Counted from the first letter of the stretch, positions 21,016 to 31,480 are shown. The stretch: 64,000 nucleotides of DNA from Fidelibacterota bacterium (GCA_021734255.1 JAIPJM010000012.1:12291-76290), one strand, 5' to 3'. The notes: generated from the letters alone by a model not told the origin. Numbers and translations are program-made.

Positions 21016-21270
21016 TATTATTCCCCTTATGAGTGTCAGCAGGATATACGTTCAAAGTCCAGGCCAACTCCCATAATGGTATACAGCCTCATTTCCCGAG
21101 ATTTGAAGCGTCGGGATTATATCATTATGATATATATGATTGCCGTTTTGGTATACCTTATGGTCGGAATTGCTGCGCTGCGTTCCAGCACATTTTTAAG
21201 GGATACAATGAACCAATCTCCTGATCGGAGATTCCCGGGAAAAAGGTCTTATGTCAGGACTTGTTGTGAC

Positions 21271-21912
21271 TTAGGCTGGGTGACAAACCCAGAGCTGGAT
21301 AGTCCCTTTGTTCGTGATCTGTGTTTCTATCACTTCCAGACCGACTTCCTGGAGAAGTGCAGGCATGCCACCCCCTTGCATGAAGGAACGAAATCCGGCA
21401 TAGTGCTGCCAGCCCGCCATGAACTCAACAATATGGGTGCTTATCAATTTGGGTGTTGAGGTCTGGGGGTAGATCCAGTCTACCAGGATGATCTGGTTTC
21501 CCAGGCGTTTCATCTCCTTGAGAACGGGCAGTCGCTTTGCTTCTGGCATCTCATGGATGACCATACTGCTTATCGAATAATCAAAGCTTTTATCTGCCAG
21601 ATGGGAAAGATCCGTTGCGTCAGCCAACTGGAAATCACAATTATCGATCCCGCGCCTGTCAGCCTGTCGCCTGGCTGTGTTGACCATGGTCTCGGACAAT
21701 TCAATACAGATAGCCGACTTGATCTTTTCAGCCATAAAGAGGACCTGGTTTCCCGTGCCACCGCCCACATCCAAGACCGTGCTGCCCTCAGGGATAATAG
21801 CAGCAACGCGTTTTCTGATGCTAGCCAGGGCTGGATCAATGAAGCGTTGATAGGCCCATCCATCATAGAAATGGTTATTCGCCCGGGTCTCAGTCTTTAA
21901 TGCTGTTTTCAA
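21271..21912 (-). CDS. Class I SAM-dependent methyltransferase
   Basis: VLDVGGGTG, DATDL, SFD, IHEMP. Confidence 0.88.
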   Translation of the reverse strand: MKTALKTETRANNHFYDGWAYQRFIDPALASIRKRVAAIIPEGSTVLDVGGGTGNQVLFMAEKIKSAICIELSETMVNTARRQADRRGIDNCDFQLADATDLSHLADKSFDYSISSMVIHEMPEAKRLPVLKEMKRLGNQIILVDWIYPQTSTPKLISTHIVEFMAGWQHYAGFRSFMQGGGMPALLQEVGLEVIETQITNKGTIQLWVCHPA

Positions 21913-22043
21913 AATCAGGCTGTTAAAATGGGTGCTTTCATGTCACCATTAAAGGTTTTTTTACTCCAAGTTATGGTGCTTGGTGAGTAGAAATTCCACG
22001 CTTAAGTCAATGTTTTTAATTTGAAAAGAGCGGGTGTATTCGC

Positions 22044-22072
22044 TTGACAGATGCTACTTGGAAAATTATTTT
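22044..22072 (+). promoter_or_regulatory. Sigma70 promoter of rpoD-rpsU
   Basis: TTGACA-17 nt-TATTTT about 43 nt upstream of the ATG at 22115. Confidence 0.6.
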
Positions 22073-22114
22073 CGTTGGCTTTGTATCCATTTGAGCAAAG
22101 CAGCAAAGGAGCTT

Positions 22115-22972
22115 ATGGCAAAAAAAGTAAAACGGATCGGTGGAGACACAAATCGCAGCCTCAGTAAATATCTAGAGGAAATTGGTCAATACGAACCTCT
22201 GGACCCCAAGGATGAGATCTCACTGGCACAGCGTGTCAAGCAGGGTGATCGCCTGGCACTTAAAAAACTAACAGAAGCAAATCTTCGTTTCGTCGTTTCT
22301 GTGGCCAAAGATTATCAGGGACAGGGCTTACCGCTGACTGACCTGATAAACGAGGGTAACCTGGGTTTGATCAAGGCCGCTGAGAGATTTGATGAGACCC
22401 GTGGTTTCAAATTCATCTCCTATGCTGTATGGTGGATCCGTCAGTCCATTCTCCAGGCACTTGCCGAGCACTCAAGAATTGTTCGACTCCCGCTGAACCG
22501 GGTTGGAACGATCTCCAAGATCTCCAAGACATCAGACAGGCTTGAGCAGAAACTTGAGAGAACGCCTACCGAGCGTGAGATCGCCAAGGAGCTTGAAATG
22601 GCACCGGAAGAAGTGGCTGATGCAATCCGTATCTCAAAACGTCACCATTCCCTGGATGCTCCATTTCAGGAAGAAGAGAAAAACTCGCTCATGGATGTGA
22701 TCGAGGATGAGCATGAGGAAGGCCCTGACTTTGAACTCATGTCTGATTCGCTTAAAAAAGAAATTCGCTCTGCTCTCGACACCTTGAAGGACAGAGAGCG
22801 TGAGGTTATACGTATGTATTTTGGTATCGATCGAGAATATGCGCTGACGCTGAACGAGATCGGTGAAGAATTTAATCTGACACGGGAACGTGTTCGTCAG
22901 ATCAAGGAGAAGGCCATCAAGCGTCTCCAGCATAAATCCCGTAGTCGCAAACTGCAGACCTATCTGGGTTAA
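22115..22972 (+). CDS. rpoD: RNA polymerase sigma-70 factor, RpoD/SigA family (short form without region 1.1)
   Basis: [60 protein letters not shown]. Confidence 0.85.
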   Translation: MAKKVKRIGGDTNRSLSKYLEEIGQYEPLDPKDEISLAQRVKQGDRLALKKLTEANLRFVVSVAKDYQGQGLPLTDLINEGNLGLIKAAERFDETRGFKFISYAVWWIRQSILQALAEHSRIVRLPLNRVGTISKISKTSDRLEQKLERTPTEREIAKELEMAPEEVADAIRISKRHHSLDAPFQEEEKNSLMDVIEDEHEEGPDFELMSDSLKKEIRSALDTLKDREREVIRMYFGIDREYALTLNEIGEEFNLTRERVRQIKEKAIKRLQHKSRSRKLQTYLG

Positions 22973-22996
22973 TTTGAAGGGAGGTGAGATCGCACT

Positions 22997-23194
22997 ATGT
23001 CAGTAATGGTAACCGTTAAACGGGATGAACCTTTTGAGAAAGCCTTACGGCGTTTCAAGAAGAAATACGAAAAAGCCGGCATTCTTAAGGACGTAAAAAA
23101 GAACTCCTTCTATTTAAAGCCCTCAGAAGATCGCCGTTTGCGTCGTGCTAAAGCCGCCAAACGCAGTCGTCAGACTCGTCGTTACGGCAGCTAA
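22997..23194 (+). CDS. rpsU: 30S ribosomal protein bS21
   Basis: EPFEKALRRFKK, FYLKPSE; SD AAGGGAGGTGA. Confidence 0.95.
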   Translation: MSVMVTVKRDEPFEKALRRFKKKYEKAGILKDVKKNSFYLKPSEDRRLRRAKAAKRSRQTRRYGS

Positions 23195-23215
23195 GCCACA
23201 ACGCTAGATCAAATT

Positions 23216-23245
23216 AAAAAACCCGGGTTTATCCCGGGTTTTTTT
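23216..23245. terminator. Bidirectional rho-independent terminator
   Basis: AAAAAA-CCCGGG-TTTAT-CCCGGG-TTTTTTT between convergent genes. Confidence 0.85.
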
Positions 23246-23269
23246 GTTTCCACTAGAAAATATAGTCTG

Positions 23270-24310
23270 TTATTTTTGTTTTTTCTTTTGACTCTTTGGA
23301 ACCACGACTGTGGCGACTGATTCGGTTTCATTTCCACTACCATCAACAGCCAATGCGGTGATCGTATAGACACGACCATCCCCTTTACCTGCGCGCTCAG
23401 CACGGAGGTAAATATTGCGGTTACTGTCTTCATTTTCAATGATCTGCCAGTCCGCATCTGTATTCCCGTCACCGGGAGCATTCAATGCTTCATTGCTTGA
23501 AACTGTAATTGTGAGATTGGGTTCATCATAATCATCCGTTGCGTAAACACCCTGAGCGACACGAATCATCTTATGATTAGCCGGCCACAGTTTATCTGTG
23601 TCCAGAGTCATGAAAATTTCAGGGGGCCTGTCCTCACCCAGCAACTGAAAACACATATCACCAAAGGAACTGGTCTGTCCCAGATAGGTTTTGCCTCTAA
23701 ACCCGGCCAAAATACCATCAGTGGGAGAGAAGATGGAATACTGACCCAGTTCGATATAATCACCAGAGACACTCGTCCAGTATTTTGTATGAGCTGATGC
23801 TTGAAATGGAGTTGTTAGGGACGTCGTGACCTCATAAATATCAAACTCAGGATCATATTCCCAGCTCTCAGGTTCCTTGAATTCTTCATACAGGAATTCG
23901 TCCGGGATGTCATCCTCGTCACTCAGGATCTTTACATGGACTTGCCTGCCTGGTCGAGGTGGTTTACAGGTAAAGATGCGAATAGCGGAAATGGTTCTGG
24001 CTTCATCCAGTGAAAACTGGTCGGCGATATTCCAGGTATGTGACCAGCTGGCCAGACAGGTATTTAATTCTCCGGTAGATGGTCCCTGGTCAAACAGCAC
24101 TGAATAGGTGCCAGCTTTTCCCAGGTGAACTGCTTGCCCAATCGCTTCAGCTTCCAACTCCTGGTGCTCAGAAAATGCCTGCATGACAATTCTACCGAGA
24201 GCCTCCTTTTTTTGTAGTGAGCCTGCTGGCTCAGATACGACAGCATCAGAGCAACCAGTCAAAACGAGCGTTCCGAACAGAAAAAGAACTGATAAGTATT
24301 TGATATTCAT
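23270..24310 (-). CDS. Lipoprotein with C-terminal Ig-like 'LWPxNHKM' module
   Basis: Lipobox LTGC; LWPANHKM...LRAERAGKGDGRVYTIT..A.DGSGN. Confidence 0.7.
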   Translation of the reverse strand: MNIKYLSVLFLFGTLVLTGCSDAVVSEPAGSLQKKEALGRIVMQAFSEHQELEAEAIGQAVHLGKAGTYSVLFDQGPSTGELNTCLASWSHTWNIADQFSLDEARTISAIRIFTCKPPRPGRQVHVKILSDEDDIPDEFLYEEFKEPESWEYDPEFDIYEVTTSLTTPFQASAHTKYWTSVSGDYIELGQYSIFSPTDGILAGFRGKTYLGQTSSFGDMCFQLLGEDRPPEIFMTLDTDKLWPANHKMIRVAQGVYATDDYDEPNLTITVSSNEALNAPGDGNTDADWQIIENEDSNRNIYLRAERAGKGDGRVYTITALAVDGSGNETESVATVVVPKSQKKKQK

Positions 24311-24361
24311 AATGTTCACCCTTCCCAACCCATCAGTATATGGACGAAAAGTATCAGATTT

Positions 24362-26155
24362 CTAATCTTTTTCATCATCCCAGGAGTTGTCCAGCCAAGA
24401 TTCAAAGACCAGTTTTTGTTTGTCGTCAGGATCCTCGATCTGGGAAAGCGATTTGATTTCCACGGGTCTGAAACCGACCGTGACATGGATGTCTCTTAGC
24501 ATACCCTTGCGTGAGACCGTGCAAACGATCCGATCCCCTGGTGTTTTTTCGCGCATATAGTCAGGTTTTGATGATTTCACTCTGAATCCATCGATGGCCA
24601 CCAATTCATCATGGACACTGAGTCCAGCATCCCAGGCAGGAGAATCCTCTAAAACATTTGTGATCATGACACGACCATTGTTCATGCTCATCTTGATCCC
24701 CAGGTGGCTTTTCTTCTCTTCGGTGGAATCGAGTACGACACCGGCCAACTCAAACACCTCTGCATAGGGAAGTGGCGCAAAACCATAAACATAGTCTTTG
24801 AAAAACGCCCCCAGCTCAAGCCCGCTGATCCTTTCACTCTCTTCCTGAACGTCTTGTGTGGTGTAGGGTTTGTCCCTTTCGGCAAACTCACGATACAGGG
24901 TTGAGATAACCTCGTCGAGACCTGCTTTCCCACCGGTGGCGTCCGTGATCATGATATCCAGCAACAGTCCGATCAAATGACCTTTGTTATAATAGGAGAT
25001 AGTTGAATTTCTTGAGTGCTCGCTGGTTCGATAATATTTGATCCATGCATCCCAGCTGGCGTCTGCCACAGACTGATGTAGCTTTCCCGGTCGTGCTTCC
25101 AGGGTGTTGATCTCCCTTTTTAACACATCCAGATACTCATCTTTATCCTTGATACCTATCCGCTGCAGGATCAACTCATCATAATAGGAGGTCACACCCT
25201 CTGCCATCCATAATTCATCAAAATAATTTTCAGCATCATAGTCGAAAGTGGCAACGCCTTGCGGATAGAGTCTCTTGATATTCCAGGTGTGAAAGAATTC
25301 ATGGGCGATGAGGGCCAGGAAGCTTTTATACCGTTTTTCATCATTAAAGGACCAGCGGCGAATAAAATTTACTGAGGAGTGGGCATGTTCCAGTCCTCCA
25401 CGTCCCTCTTCCAGGTGCAGGATATAGGCATAGCGATCGTAAGGAAGACCACCAAAGATCTCAGCTTCTGCCTCCATGATCCGGGTGAAATCATTGACGA
25501 TCACTGAATCGATATAATTACTGGAGCCATAGATCCCAATGACATGTGGTATCCCATGCACCTCGAATTCCAAAACCTTCTGATTTCCCAGCTCCAGGGG
25601 TGAATCGGCGAGCTCATCATAATTCGCGGCTACAAAATCCACATTACCAGGCTTGTTAAATGGTTTTAATGCTGTGGTTATGCTCGACCAGGATTCAGGC
25701 AGATCAACATGGAGCTTATGCTCTCGGTTCTGATTCTTCTCCCAATACATAAAGACACTGGCCGGGATGACCAGGGCATGATCTGAATCCAGATAGCTGG
25801 TGCGAACACTGTGTTCAAAGGCATAGACCCGATACTTTACAATGATATCCTGACCCCATTTTCCCATGACCTGCCAGTGATTCTTATCCAGTTTTTCGAT
25901 GTCAATTATGCTGCCGTCTGCAGCTATGGCTGTCACATCCTGCACATGTTGGGCGTATTCCCGAATCAAATAGGACCCGGGTGTCCACACGGGCAGTGCA
26001 ACCACTTCTTTGCCCCTAGCTCCGTCAAGTCTCATCTCCACTTCGAACAGATGGGTGTGAGGTTCAGGCATTGATAATTTGTAATGGATGCTTTTCCCTG
26101 GTGTGGCGGAAGCCATGACCAACATGAGGATGGTGAGTTTATGAATTCGAAGCAT
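24362..26155 (-). CDS. M61 glycyl aminopeptidase with PDZ domain
   Basis: PVWTPGSYLIREY, GGLEH, HEFFHTWN, LWMAEGVTSYY, SYYNKG, C-terminal PDZ. Confidence 0.93.
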   Translation of the reverse strand: MLRIHKLTILMLVMASATPGKSIHYKLSMPEPHTHLFEVEMRLDGARGKEVVALPVWTPGSYLIREYAQHVQDVTAIAADGSIIDIEKLDKNHWQVMGKWGQDIIVKYRVYAFEHSVRTSYLDSDHALVIPASVFMYWEKNQNREHKLHVDLPESWSSITTALKPFNKPGNVDFVAANYDELADSPLELGNQKVLEFEVHGIPHVIGIYGSSNYIDSVIVNDFTRIMEAEAEIFGGLPYDRYAYILHLEEGRGGLEHAHSSVNFIRRWSFNDEKRYKSFLALIAHEFFHTWNIKRLYPQGVATFDYDAENYFDELWMAEGVTSYYDELILQRIGIKDKDEYLDVLKREINTLEARPGKLHQSVADASWDAWIKYYRTSEHSRNSTISYYNKGHLIGLLLDIMITDATGGKAGLDEVISTLYREFAERDKPYTTQDVQEESERISGLELGAFFKDYVYGFAPLPYAEVFELAGVVLDSTEEKKSHLGIKMSMNNGRVMITNVLEDSPAWDAGLSVHDELVAIDGFRVKSSKPDYMREKTPGDRIVCTVSRKGMLRDIHVTVGFRPVEIKSLSQIEDPDDKQKLVFESWLDNSWDDEKD

Positions 26156-26223
26156 GAATCCCCCTTAAAGAGATTGGTAGAGTTGTTGATAGCAGATCCA
26201 AGAAAATCATGATAATTGAATAT

Positions 26224-26258
26224 AAAAAAAAAGGCGAAGCTCGAAAGCTCCGCCTTTT
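26224..26258 (-). terminator. Rho-independent terminator of sodB
   Basis: Minus strand GGCGGAGCT-TTCG-AGCTTCGCC followed by T9. Confidence 0.85.
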
Positions 26259-26277
26259 CAGCATTTACTTCAGAAAT

Positions 26278-26859
26278 TTACTTGCTGAACTGTTCAGCAA
26301 CAAACTCCCAATTGAACAATTTCCAGATCTCTTCCAGATATTTTGGACGTGCATTCCGATAGTCTACATAATAGGCATGCTCCCAAACATCTACTGTCAG
26401 CAGTGCGGTCTGACCATCGGTCATGGGTGTTCCAGCATTGTCCGTTGAAACAATGGACAGGGCACCATCTGTATTCTTAACCAGCCAGGTCCAGCCAGAG
26501 CCAAAGTTTGTGGCAGCAGCTTTTGTAAACTCAGCTTTGAAATTATCAAATGAGCCAAAGGCAACATCAATGGCTGCAGCCAGATCACCAGAAGGAGCAC
26601 CACCACCATTTGGTGATAGACAATTCCAGTAGAAGGTATGGTTCCAAACCTGGGCGGCATTGTTGAAAAGACCACCTGATGCTTTGAGAATAATTTCTTC
26701 CAGTGTTAAATTCTCAAACTCAGTTCCTTGAACCAGGTTGTTAAGGTTCGTCACATAGGCATTGTGATGTTTGCCATAGTGGTAATCCAGTGTTTCCGCT
26801 GAAATCACAGGCTCCAGAGCGTTCTGGGCATAGGGTAAGGCAGGTAATTCATGTTTCAT
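26278..26859 (-). CDS. sodB: Superoxide dismutase [Fe]
   Basis: [19 protein letters not shown] (Fe-type), [16 protein letters not shown]. Confidence 0.95.
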   Translation of the reverse strand: MKHELPALPYAQNALEPVISAETLDYHYGKHHNAYVTNLNNLVQGTEFENLTLEEIILKASGGLFNNAAQVWNHTFYWNCLSPNGGGAPSGDLAAAIDVAFGSFDNFKAEFTKAAATNFGSGWTWLVKNTDGALSIVSTDNAGTPMTDGQTALLTVDVWEHAYYVDYRNARPKYLEEIWKLFNWEFVAEQFSK

Positions 26860-27073
26860 CTTTAAGTCCCCTTTTTTTTAATTATTATATGTTACTCTTA
26901 TTGTCATGTATACAGTATAAACTGAAACAGGGCAGATTGAAATGACATCTTTGGGACTAACATTCGCTGTAAAATAGCAACACAGGGGCACCTAAGTACA
27001 GAATTATCTACATTTTTTTAGATTTGCTTTTATTTTATTGTCAACAATCAACCCTCAAAACTAAGTTCATCAC

Positions 27074-27931
27074 ATGACGACCTGGCGTGTTGTAGATATC
27101 ATTCAATCGAGTGCAGATTACCTTTCCAAAAAGGGAGTACCCAACCCCCGACTGGATGCAGAAATCCTGTTGGGGAAGGTTATTCAAAAGGAACGCCTTG
27201 AACTTTACCTGTTTTTTGATCGGCCCATGGCTAAACAGGAACTTGACCATTACCGGGAATTCATCCGGCGTAGAGGTGAACGTGAGCCCCTGCAGCATAT
27301 TTTGGGAGAAACGGGGTTCATGAACCTGATCCTGAAAACGGGTCCCCAGGCCTTAATTCCAAGGCCGGAAACTGAAGTCCTGGTCGAGCAGGCCATACAC
27401 ATGATGCAGGGTCGCCCTGCCAGGATCCTTGATATTGGCACTGGAAGCGGTTGTATTGCGATTGCGCTGGCGGCAGATCTGCCAGATGCCGATGTTCAAG
27501 CCATTGATCTGTCTGAGCCAGCGCTGAGCCTGGCCAGGGAAAATGCCCACCTGAATCATACCGAGGTCTCTTTCTCTGTCCTCGATATCATGAAGCAGAT
27601 TCCTGACCTGGATGAACGTTTTGGGCTGGTAGTGTCAAACCCGCCATATATCTCACCTGATGAGAAGCAAGATCTGCAGGAGGAGGTTCGAGATTTTGAT
27701 CCTCCAGAGGCGCTATTTGATGATGTTGATGGGCTTTCATTTTACCGAAGATTTGCCGAAATTATTCCGGAGCTATTAGAGCCAAGGGGGCGCTTTCTCT
27801 TTGAGTTTGGCGGAAACCATCAGGAAAAATCCGTTCTGAATATTTTTACTGAAAAAGGCTACGCTGATCTTGAGATCATTCAGGATTATAATGGCGACCC
27901 GCGGGTGATCTCAGGTAGCTTTTTACCCTAG
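27074..27931 (+). CDS. prmC: Release factor glutamine methyltransferase
   Basis: REPLQHILG, LIPRPETE, LDIGTGSGCIA, SNPPY. Confidence 0.96.
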   Translation: MTTWRVVDIIQSSADYLSKKGVPNPRLDAEILLGKVIQKERLELYLFFDRPMAKQELDHYREFIRRRGEREPLQHILGETGFMNLILKTGPQALIPRPETEVLVEQAIHMMQGRPARILDIGTGSGCIAIALAADLPDADVQAIDLSEPALSLARENAHLNHTEVSFSVLDIMKQIPDLDERFGLVVSNPPYISPDEKQDLQEEVRDFDPPEALFDDVDGLSFYRRFAEIIPELLEPRGRFLFEFGGNHQEKSVLNIFTEKGYADLEIIQDYNGDPRVISGSFLP

Positions 27932-27940
27932 AGGAATGTT

Positions 27941-28303
27941 ATGAGATCTCGAATTATTGCGTACAGTGTGATGATCCTTTTACTCTCCGCTCATTTTTCT
28001 CGGGCCGGGAGTCCTGTTCTTATGGTACTCGTGTTAGGTATCCCTTTCCTTTTCTTCATCAAAAAGTCCTGGGTCATTCAGATGCTCCAGGTCGTGGCTT
28101 ATGCTGGCACCATCATCTGGCTCTTTTCCACCTATGAACATGTTATTCAACGTGTGACAAGTGGGGATGACTGGCTGCGCTTAATGATCATTATGTTTAC
28201 AGTGGCAGTCTACACTGCCTGGACGGGATACTTTCTGACCGTGGGAACGTTCAAGGAAAATTATGGTATTGGGGGAGCAGTGGATGAGTCCAAGTCCGAG
28301 TGA
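27941..28303 (+). CDS. Hypothetical membrane protein
   Basis: GAGG RBS; four hydrophobic segments. Confidence 0.75.
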   Translation: MRSRIIAYSVMILLLSAHFSRAGSPVLMVLVLGIPFLFFIKKSWVIQMLQVVAYAGTIIWLFSTYEHVIQRVTSGDDWLRLMIIMFTVAVYTAWTGYFLTVGTFKENYGIGGAVDESKSE

Positions 28304-29267
28304 TCAGTTCTGTCATGACCTGGGAATAGATCTGCCCATTATCGGGGGTGCTATGTACCCCTGTTCCAATCCGGAACTTGTGGCTGCCGTATCAGAAACC
28401 GGCGGTATTGGCATCATTCAACCCCTCAGTCTGACCTATGTCCACGGGCATGATTTTCGAAAAGGTATTCAATATATCCGCAGCCTGACCTCCAAACCCA
28501 TCGGTCTAAACCTCCTGGTAGAAAAAAGTTCAGCGCGCTACTATGAGCGCCTGGTGGAATGGACCGCTATTGCCCTGGAAGAAGATATCCGCTTTTTTAT
28601 TACCGCCCTGGGGAACCCGAGATCCGCCGTTGACCAGATCCATGCGGAAGGCGGAATAGTCTATCACAACACCACAGCCCGGCGTTGGGCTGAAAAAGCC
28701 ATTCAGGCCGGTGTCGATGGTCTGATCTGTGTGAACGACCGAGCTGGTGGACATGCTGGCACGGAGAGCGCTCAAACACTATTTGATGAGCTTGCCCCTC
28801 TGGGAAAACCCCTGATTAGCGCTGGAGGTATCAGCGCCCCAGAAGCAGTCCTGGACATGCTCAACACCGGGTATGCCGGTGTGCAGATGGGAACCCGATT
28901 CGTAGCCAGCCAGGAGTGTTCAGCTCACCCAGACTATAAACAGGCGATTGTAGAGGCCAGCGAAGAAGATATTGTGCTCACAGACAAGCTTTCGGGCGTA
29001 CCGGTATCTGTAATCGAGACCCCCTACATCAAGAAGATCGGCGCCAAGGCCGGTCCGCTAGCCAAACGCCTATTGAAAGGCGCCAGGACCAAACGCTATG
29101 TCCGCATGTTCTACACTATCAGGTCCTTTCGGACACTGAAAGCGGACAAGGAAAAAGCAGGTGCTTACCAGCACTATTTGCAGGCGGGGAAAAGTGTGGG
29201 CAAGATCAACCAGGTCCAATCGGTGGCGGAGATCATGCAAGCCTATCGCGATGCATTAGGCCGCTAA
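28284..29267 (+). CDS. Nitronate monooxygenase/enoyl-ACP reductase II family flavoprotein
   Basis: PIIGGAM, AGGHAG, AGGI, GVQMGTRF. Confidence 0.88.
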   Translation: MSPSPSDQFCHDLGIDLPIIGGAMYPCSNPELVAAVSETGGIGIIQPLSLTYVHGHDFRKGIQYIRSLTSKPIGLNLLVEKSSARYYERLVEWTAIALEEDIRFFITALGNPRSAVDQIHAEGGIVYHNTTARRWAEKAIQAGVDGLICVNDRAGGHAGTESAQTLFDELAPLGKPLISAGGISAPEAVLDMLNTGYAGVQMGTRFVASQECSAHPDYKQAIVEASEEDIVLTDKLSGVPVSVIETPYIKKIGAKAGPLAKRLLKGARTKRYVRMFYTIRSFRTLKADKEKAGAYQHYLQAGKSVGKINQVQSVAEIMQAYRDALGR

Positions 29268-29309
29268 GAAGCTCTTTTCCTGTTTCCTGTCGAGATTAAG
29301 TTGGCAGTC

Positions 29310-29765
29310 ATGATTGTTTCGCACAAAACATTAAAGGTCCTCGCTGCCATTGTATGGTATTCCGGTCCTGCATTTCTTTTTATGAAGGGCAGCGACCTTG
29401 TGGGCGAAGCTCTGGCAATTCAACCTGAATCCTGTGCGCTTAGTCTATCCTGGTTACTGGGAATCTCTATTGGCATGGTTAAAACAAAGTTTGTCTTTAA
29501 TAAAGCGAACCGCAAGAATTTGGCTCGCATTGATGCCCTTGAGTCGCCTCGTCTCTGGCAGTTTTACCGGCCCCGGTTCTTCTTGTTTCTAGGCTTGATG
29601 ATGATGCTGGGTGCCGCTCTTTCGGGGATGGCACAGGGTAGTTATGGCTTTTTAGTCTCGGTAGCTGTTCTGGATATCAGCATTGGTACGGCACTGCTGC
29701 TCAGCAGTTGGCAGTTTTGGGTCTCGCGCCGGGCCTACGGTGCTACGATTGCTCAATCAAACTGA
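29310..29765 (+). CDS. Hypothetical membrane protein
   Basis: Four TM segments, KNLARI and FYRPRFF motifs; follows the NMO gene. Confidence 0.7.
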   Translation: MIVSHKTLKVLAAIVWYSGPAFLFMKGSDLVGEALAIQPESCALSLSWLLGISIGMVKTKFVFNKANRKNLARIDALESPRLWQFYRPRFFLFLGLMMMLGAALSGMAQGSYGFLVSVAVLDISIGTALLLSSWQFWVSRRAYGATIAQSN

Positions 29766-29775
29766 GCAAATTAGC

Positions 29776-30258
29776 TTACATAGTTAAATTATAGCTTGTG
29801 AAGATTGGAGCTACTCCAGTCACGCCTAATGAATGTTGTCTGCCGTGAGAAGCGAAGTAGTAGTCGTATTGCAGCAAGCCAAAAAAACCACCCCAAGCTT
29901 TTACATGGGTATAGAATGTAACGTCCCCGGTGCTTTTGTCCTTAAGCTCTGCGAATCCAGCGCCACCACCAAACAAGCCCATACTGAGCTGTAGATCAGC
30001 AAAAAACATATCATGTTTGGATGAACTCCTGAATCCTAATGTCACCCCGGGGAAACCCGGGAATGGAGAGTTCTCAAGGATCAAACCTACGGTTGCCTGA
30101 GGCCCAAAGAAAAACCCTTCTCCAAAAGTATATCCCAAGTGAAGGCCAGGGCTAAAGTAAGGATCTACCTTCATTTCCTCCTCAGCGCTCAGGTGCCCCG
30201 GTGGAATAGCCAGTGCAATGAGTAGAACCAGCTGTTTTATTCTGTGTGAGTTTGCCAA
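29776..30258 (-). CDS. Hypothetical exported beta-rich (outer-membrane-like) protein
   Basis: Signal-like N-terminus; Gly/aromatic alternating strands. Confidence 0.6.
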   Translation of the reverse strand: MANSHRIKQLVLLIALAIPPGHLSAEEEMKVDPYFSPGLHLGYTFGEGFFFGPQATVGLILENSPFPGFPGVTLGFRSSSKHDMFFADLQLSMGLFGGGAGFAELKDKSTGDVTFYTHVKAWGGFFGLLQYDYYFASHGRQHSLGVTGVAPIFTSYNLTM

Positions 30259-30310
30259 ACGGTTCTTCCCCCCAAAAAATGATTACTGCCTTGAACTTAC
30301 TCTTAACATT

Positions 30311-30910
30311 CTAATCGAGTACGTTCAATCCACCATCATCCAGCTTTTGGGGACGACTCCAATAATTGTATTGGGGGGTCCACTCTTCCTCGCCCATACC
30401 AGCCAGGCCCAGCAAGCCCCACATGGAACAATAAAGATCACCGGGTCCAAATTCACAGCTGTTCTTTCTGTAGATTGTGTCACCCTCACGTTCGTATAGT
30501 ACCGCTCCCGGTGCATTCTTCTGTCCCGGGGTCACCGTCTGCTTCTGGATGTAGGTGTTACCACCATGGGAGGCGAGCTTGAATTTCCAGCCGCGGTCAT
30601 TTGCAAATTTGCGCTGCAGGTCGGGTGGGTCTTTAGAGACCAGGACCAGAGACATGGCTGACTCAAGGTGCGGTACAAAGCCATTGAAGCCGTCTGCCCA
30701 GAGGGTACAATAGCGGCACCCTTGTCCCATATTATGAATAAGCAACAACTTGTCATTCCCTCCAAAAAGCTCCAGGAGTGTTGATTCACCTTGCTGAGTT
30801 TCAAAGCTGTAGTTTGGCACCTCAATGGGCTGGCTTTCCTTGCGCAGGGCATTCAGTTTTTCAGTAAGCTCATAGATCTGACGTTCAAGTGCCATGATCT
30901 CTTTATTCAT
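30311..30910 (-). CDS. DUF899 thioredoxin-like protein
   Basis: TLLELFG...LIHNMGQGCRYCTLWADGFNG. Confidence 0.82.
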   Translation of the reverse strand: MNKEIMALERQIYELTEKLNALRKESQPIEVPNYSFETQQGESTLLELFGGNDKLLLIHNMGQGCRYCTLWADGFNGFVPHLESAMSLVLVSKDPPDLQRKFANDRGWKFKLASHGGNTYIQKQTVTPGQKNAPGAVLYEREGDTIYRKNSCEFGPGDLYCSMWGLLGLAGMGEEEWTPQYNYWSRPQKLDDGGLNVLD

Positions 30911-31011
30911 AATGATCCCTTCTACTTATGCTCTCATTCGAAATGACAACAAGCTGTCACACTTAAAGACTCCCCACATTGGTATGAAATTGTTTCCCTC
31001 AGACGGATGAG

Positions 31012-31374
31012 TTAATCCAGGTCGAAACCCCAATCCAACATCTGTTCCAGTTGCTCCGCATCGACAAGGACATGAATTCGGTCACCCCTGGGGCAGGAAC
31101 AGGCCTGGCAGACCTCCTCATAGGGATAGGTAACATCGATATCTTCAATGACCACACCTTCATTCTTAAAGAAGGCTTTAAAGATATCCAGTTGTTCGGC
31201 CTCTGAAAGTTGGGCCCACAGCTCATAGTTATTCCCGTTTTCTTCCAGCCACGCTTGTTCCCAATCATTGCCCAAACACTGGACCGGGTCGATTGACATC
31301 CAGATCAGCCCGCTTTCATCACATGCTGCGACAAACAGGAGGGTAAGAATGATGGCAGATATTTTCAGCTTCAT
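31012..31374 (-). CDS. Small Cys-rich lipoprotein
   Basis: Lipobox VAAC; QCLGNDW and CQACSCPRG motifs. Confidence 0.7.
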   Translation of the reverse strand: MKLKISAIILTLLFVAACDESGLIWMSIDPVQCLGNDWEQAWLEENGNNYELWAQLSEAEQLDIFKAFFKNEGVVIEDIDVTYPYEEVCQACSCPRGDRIHVLVDAEQLEQMLDWGFDLD

Positions 31375-31480
31375 GTTGTGGTCGCAATCCTGAGTTAGGG
31401 TTCACTTACGCATGTAAAGGTAATACGGGAGACGAGGGTTTCACCACCACTCTTTTTTCCTGTGCGCGAGGAGGGGTCGA

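Noticed and set aside
21071..21163. c-di-GMP-I or purine riboswitch call
   Set aside because: Only fragments (GGCAA, GACGC) resemble the c-di-GMP-I consensus; the GNRA loop and receptor are missing, and purine junction motifs are absent.
20965..21459. 164-aa + strand ORF across the TonB receptor leader
   Set aside because: Overlaps two minus-strand genes, no RBS or motif; the region is better explained as a leader.
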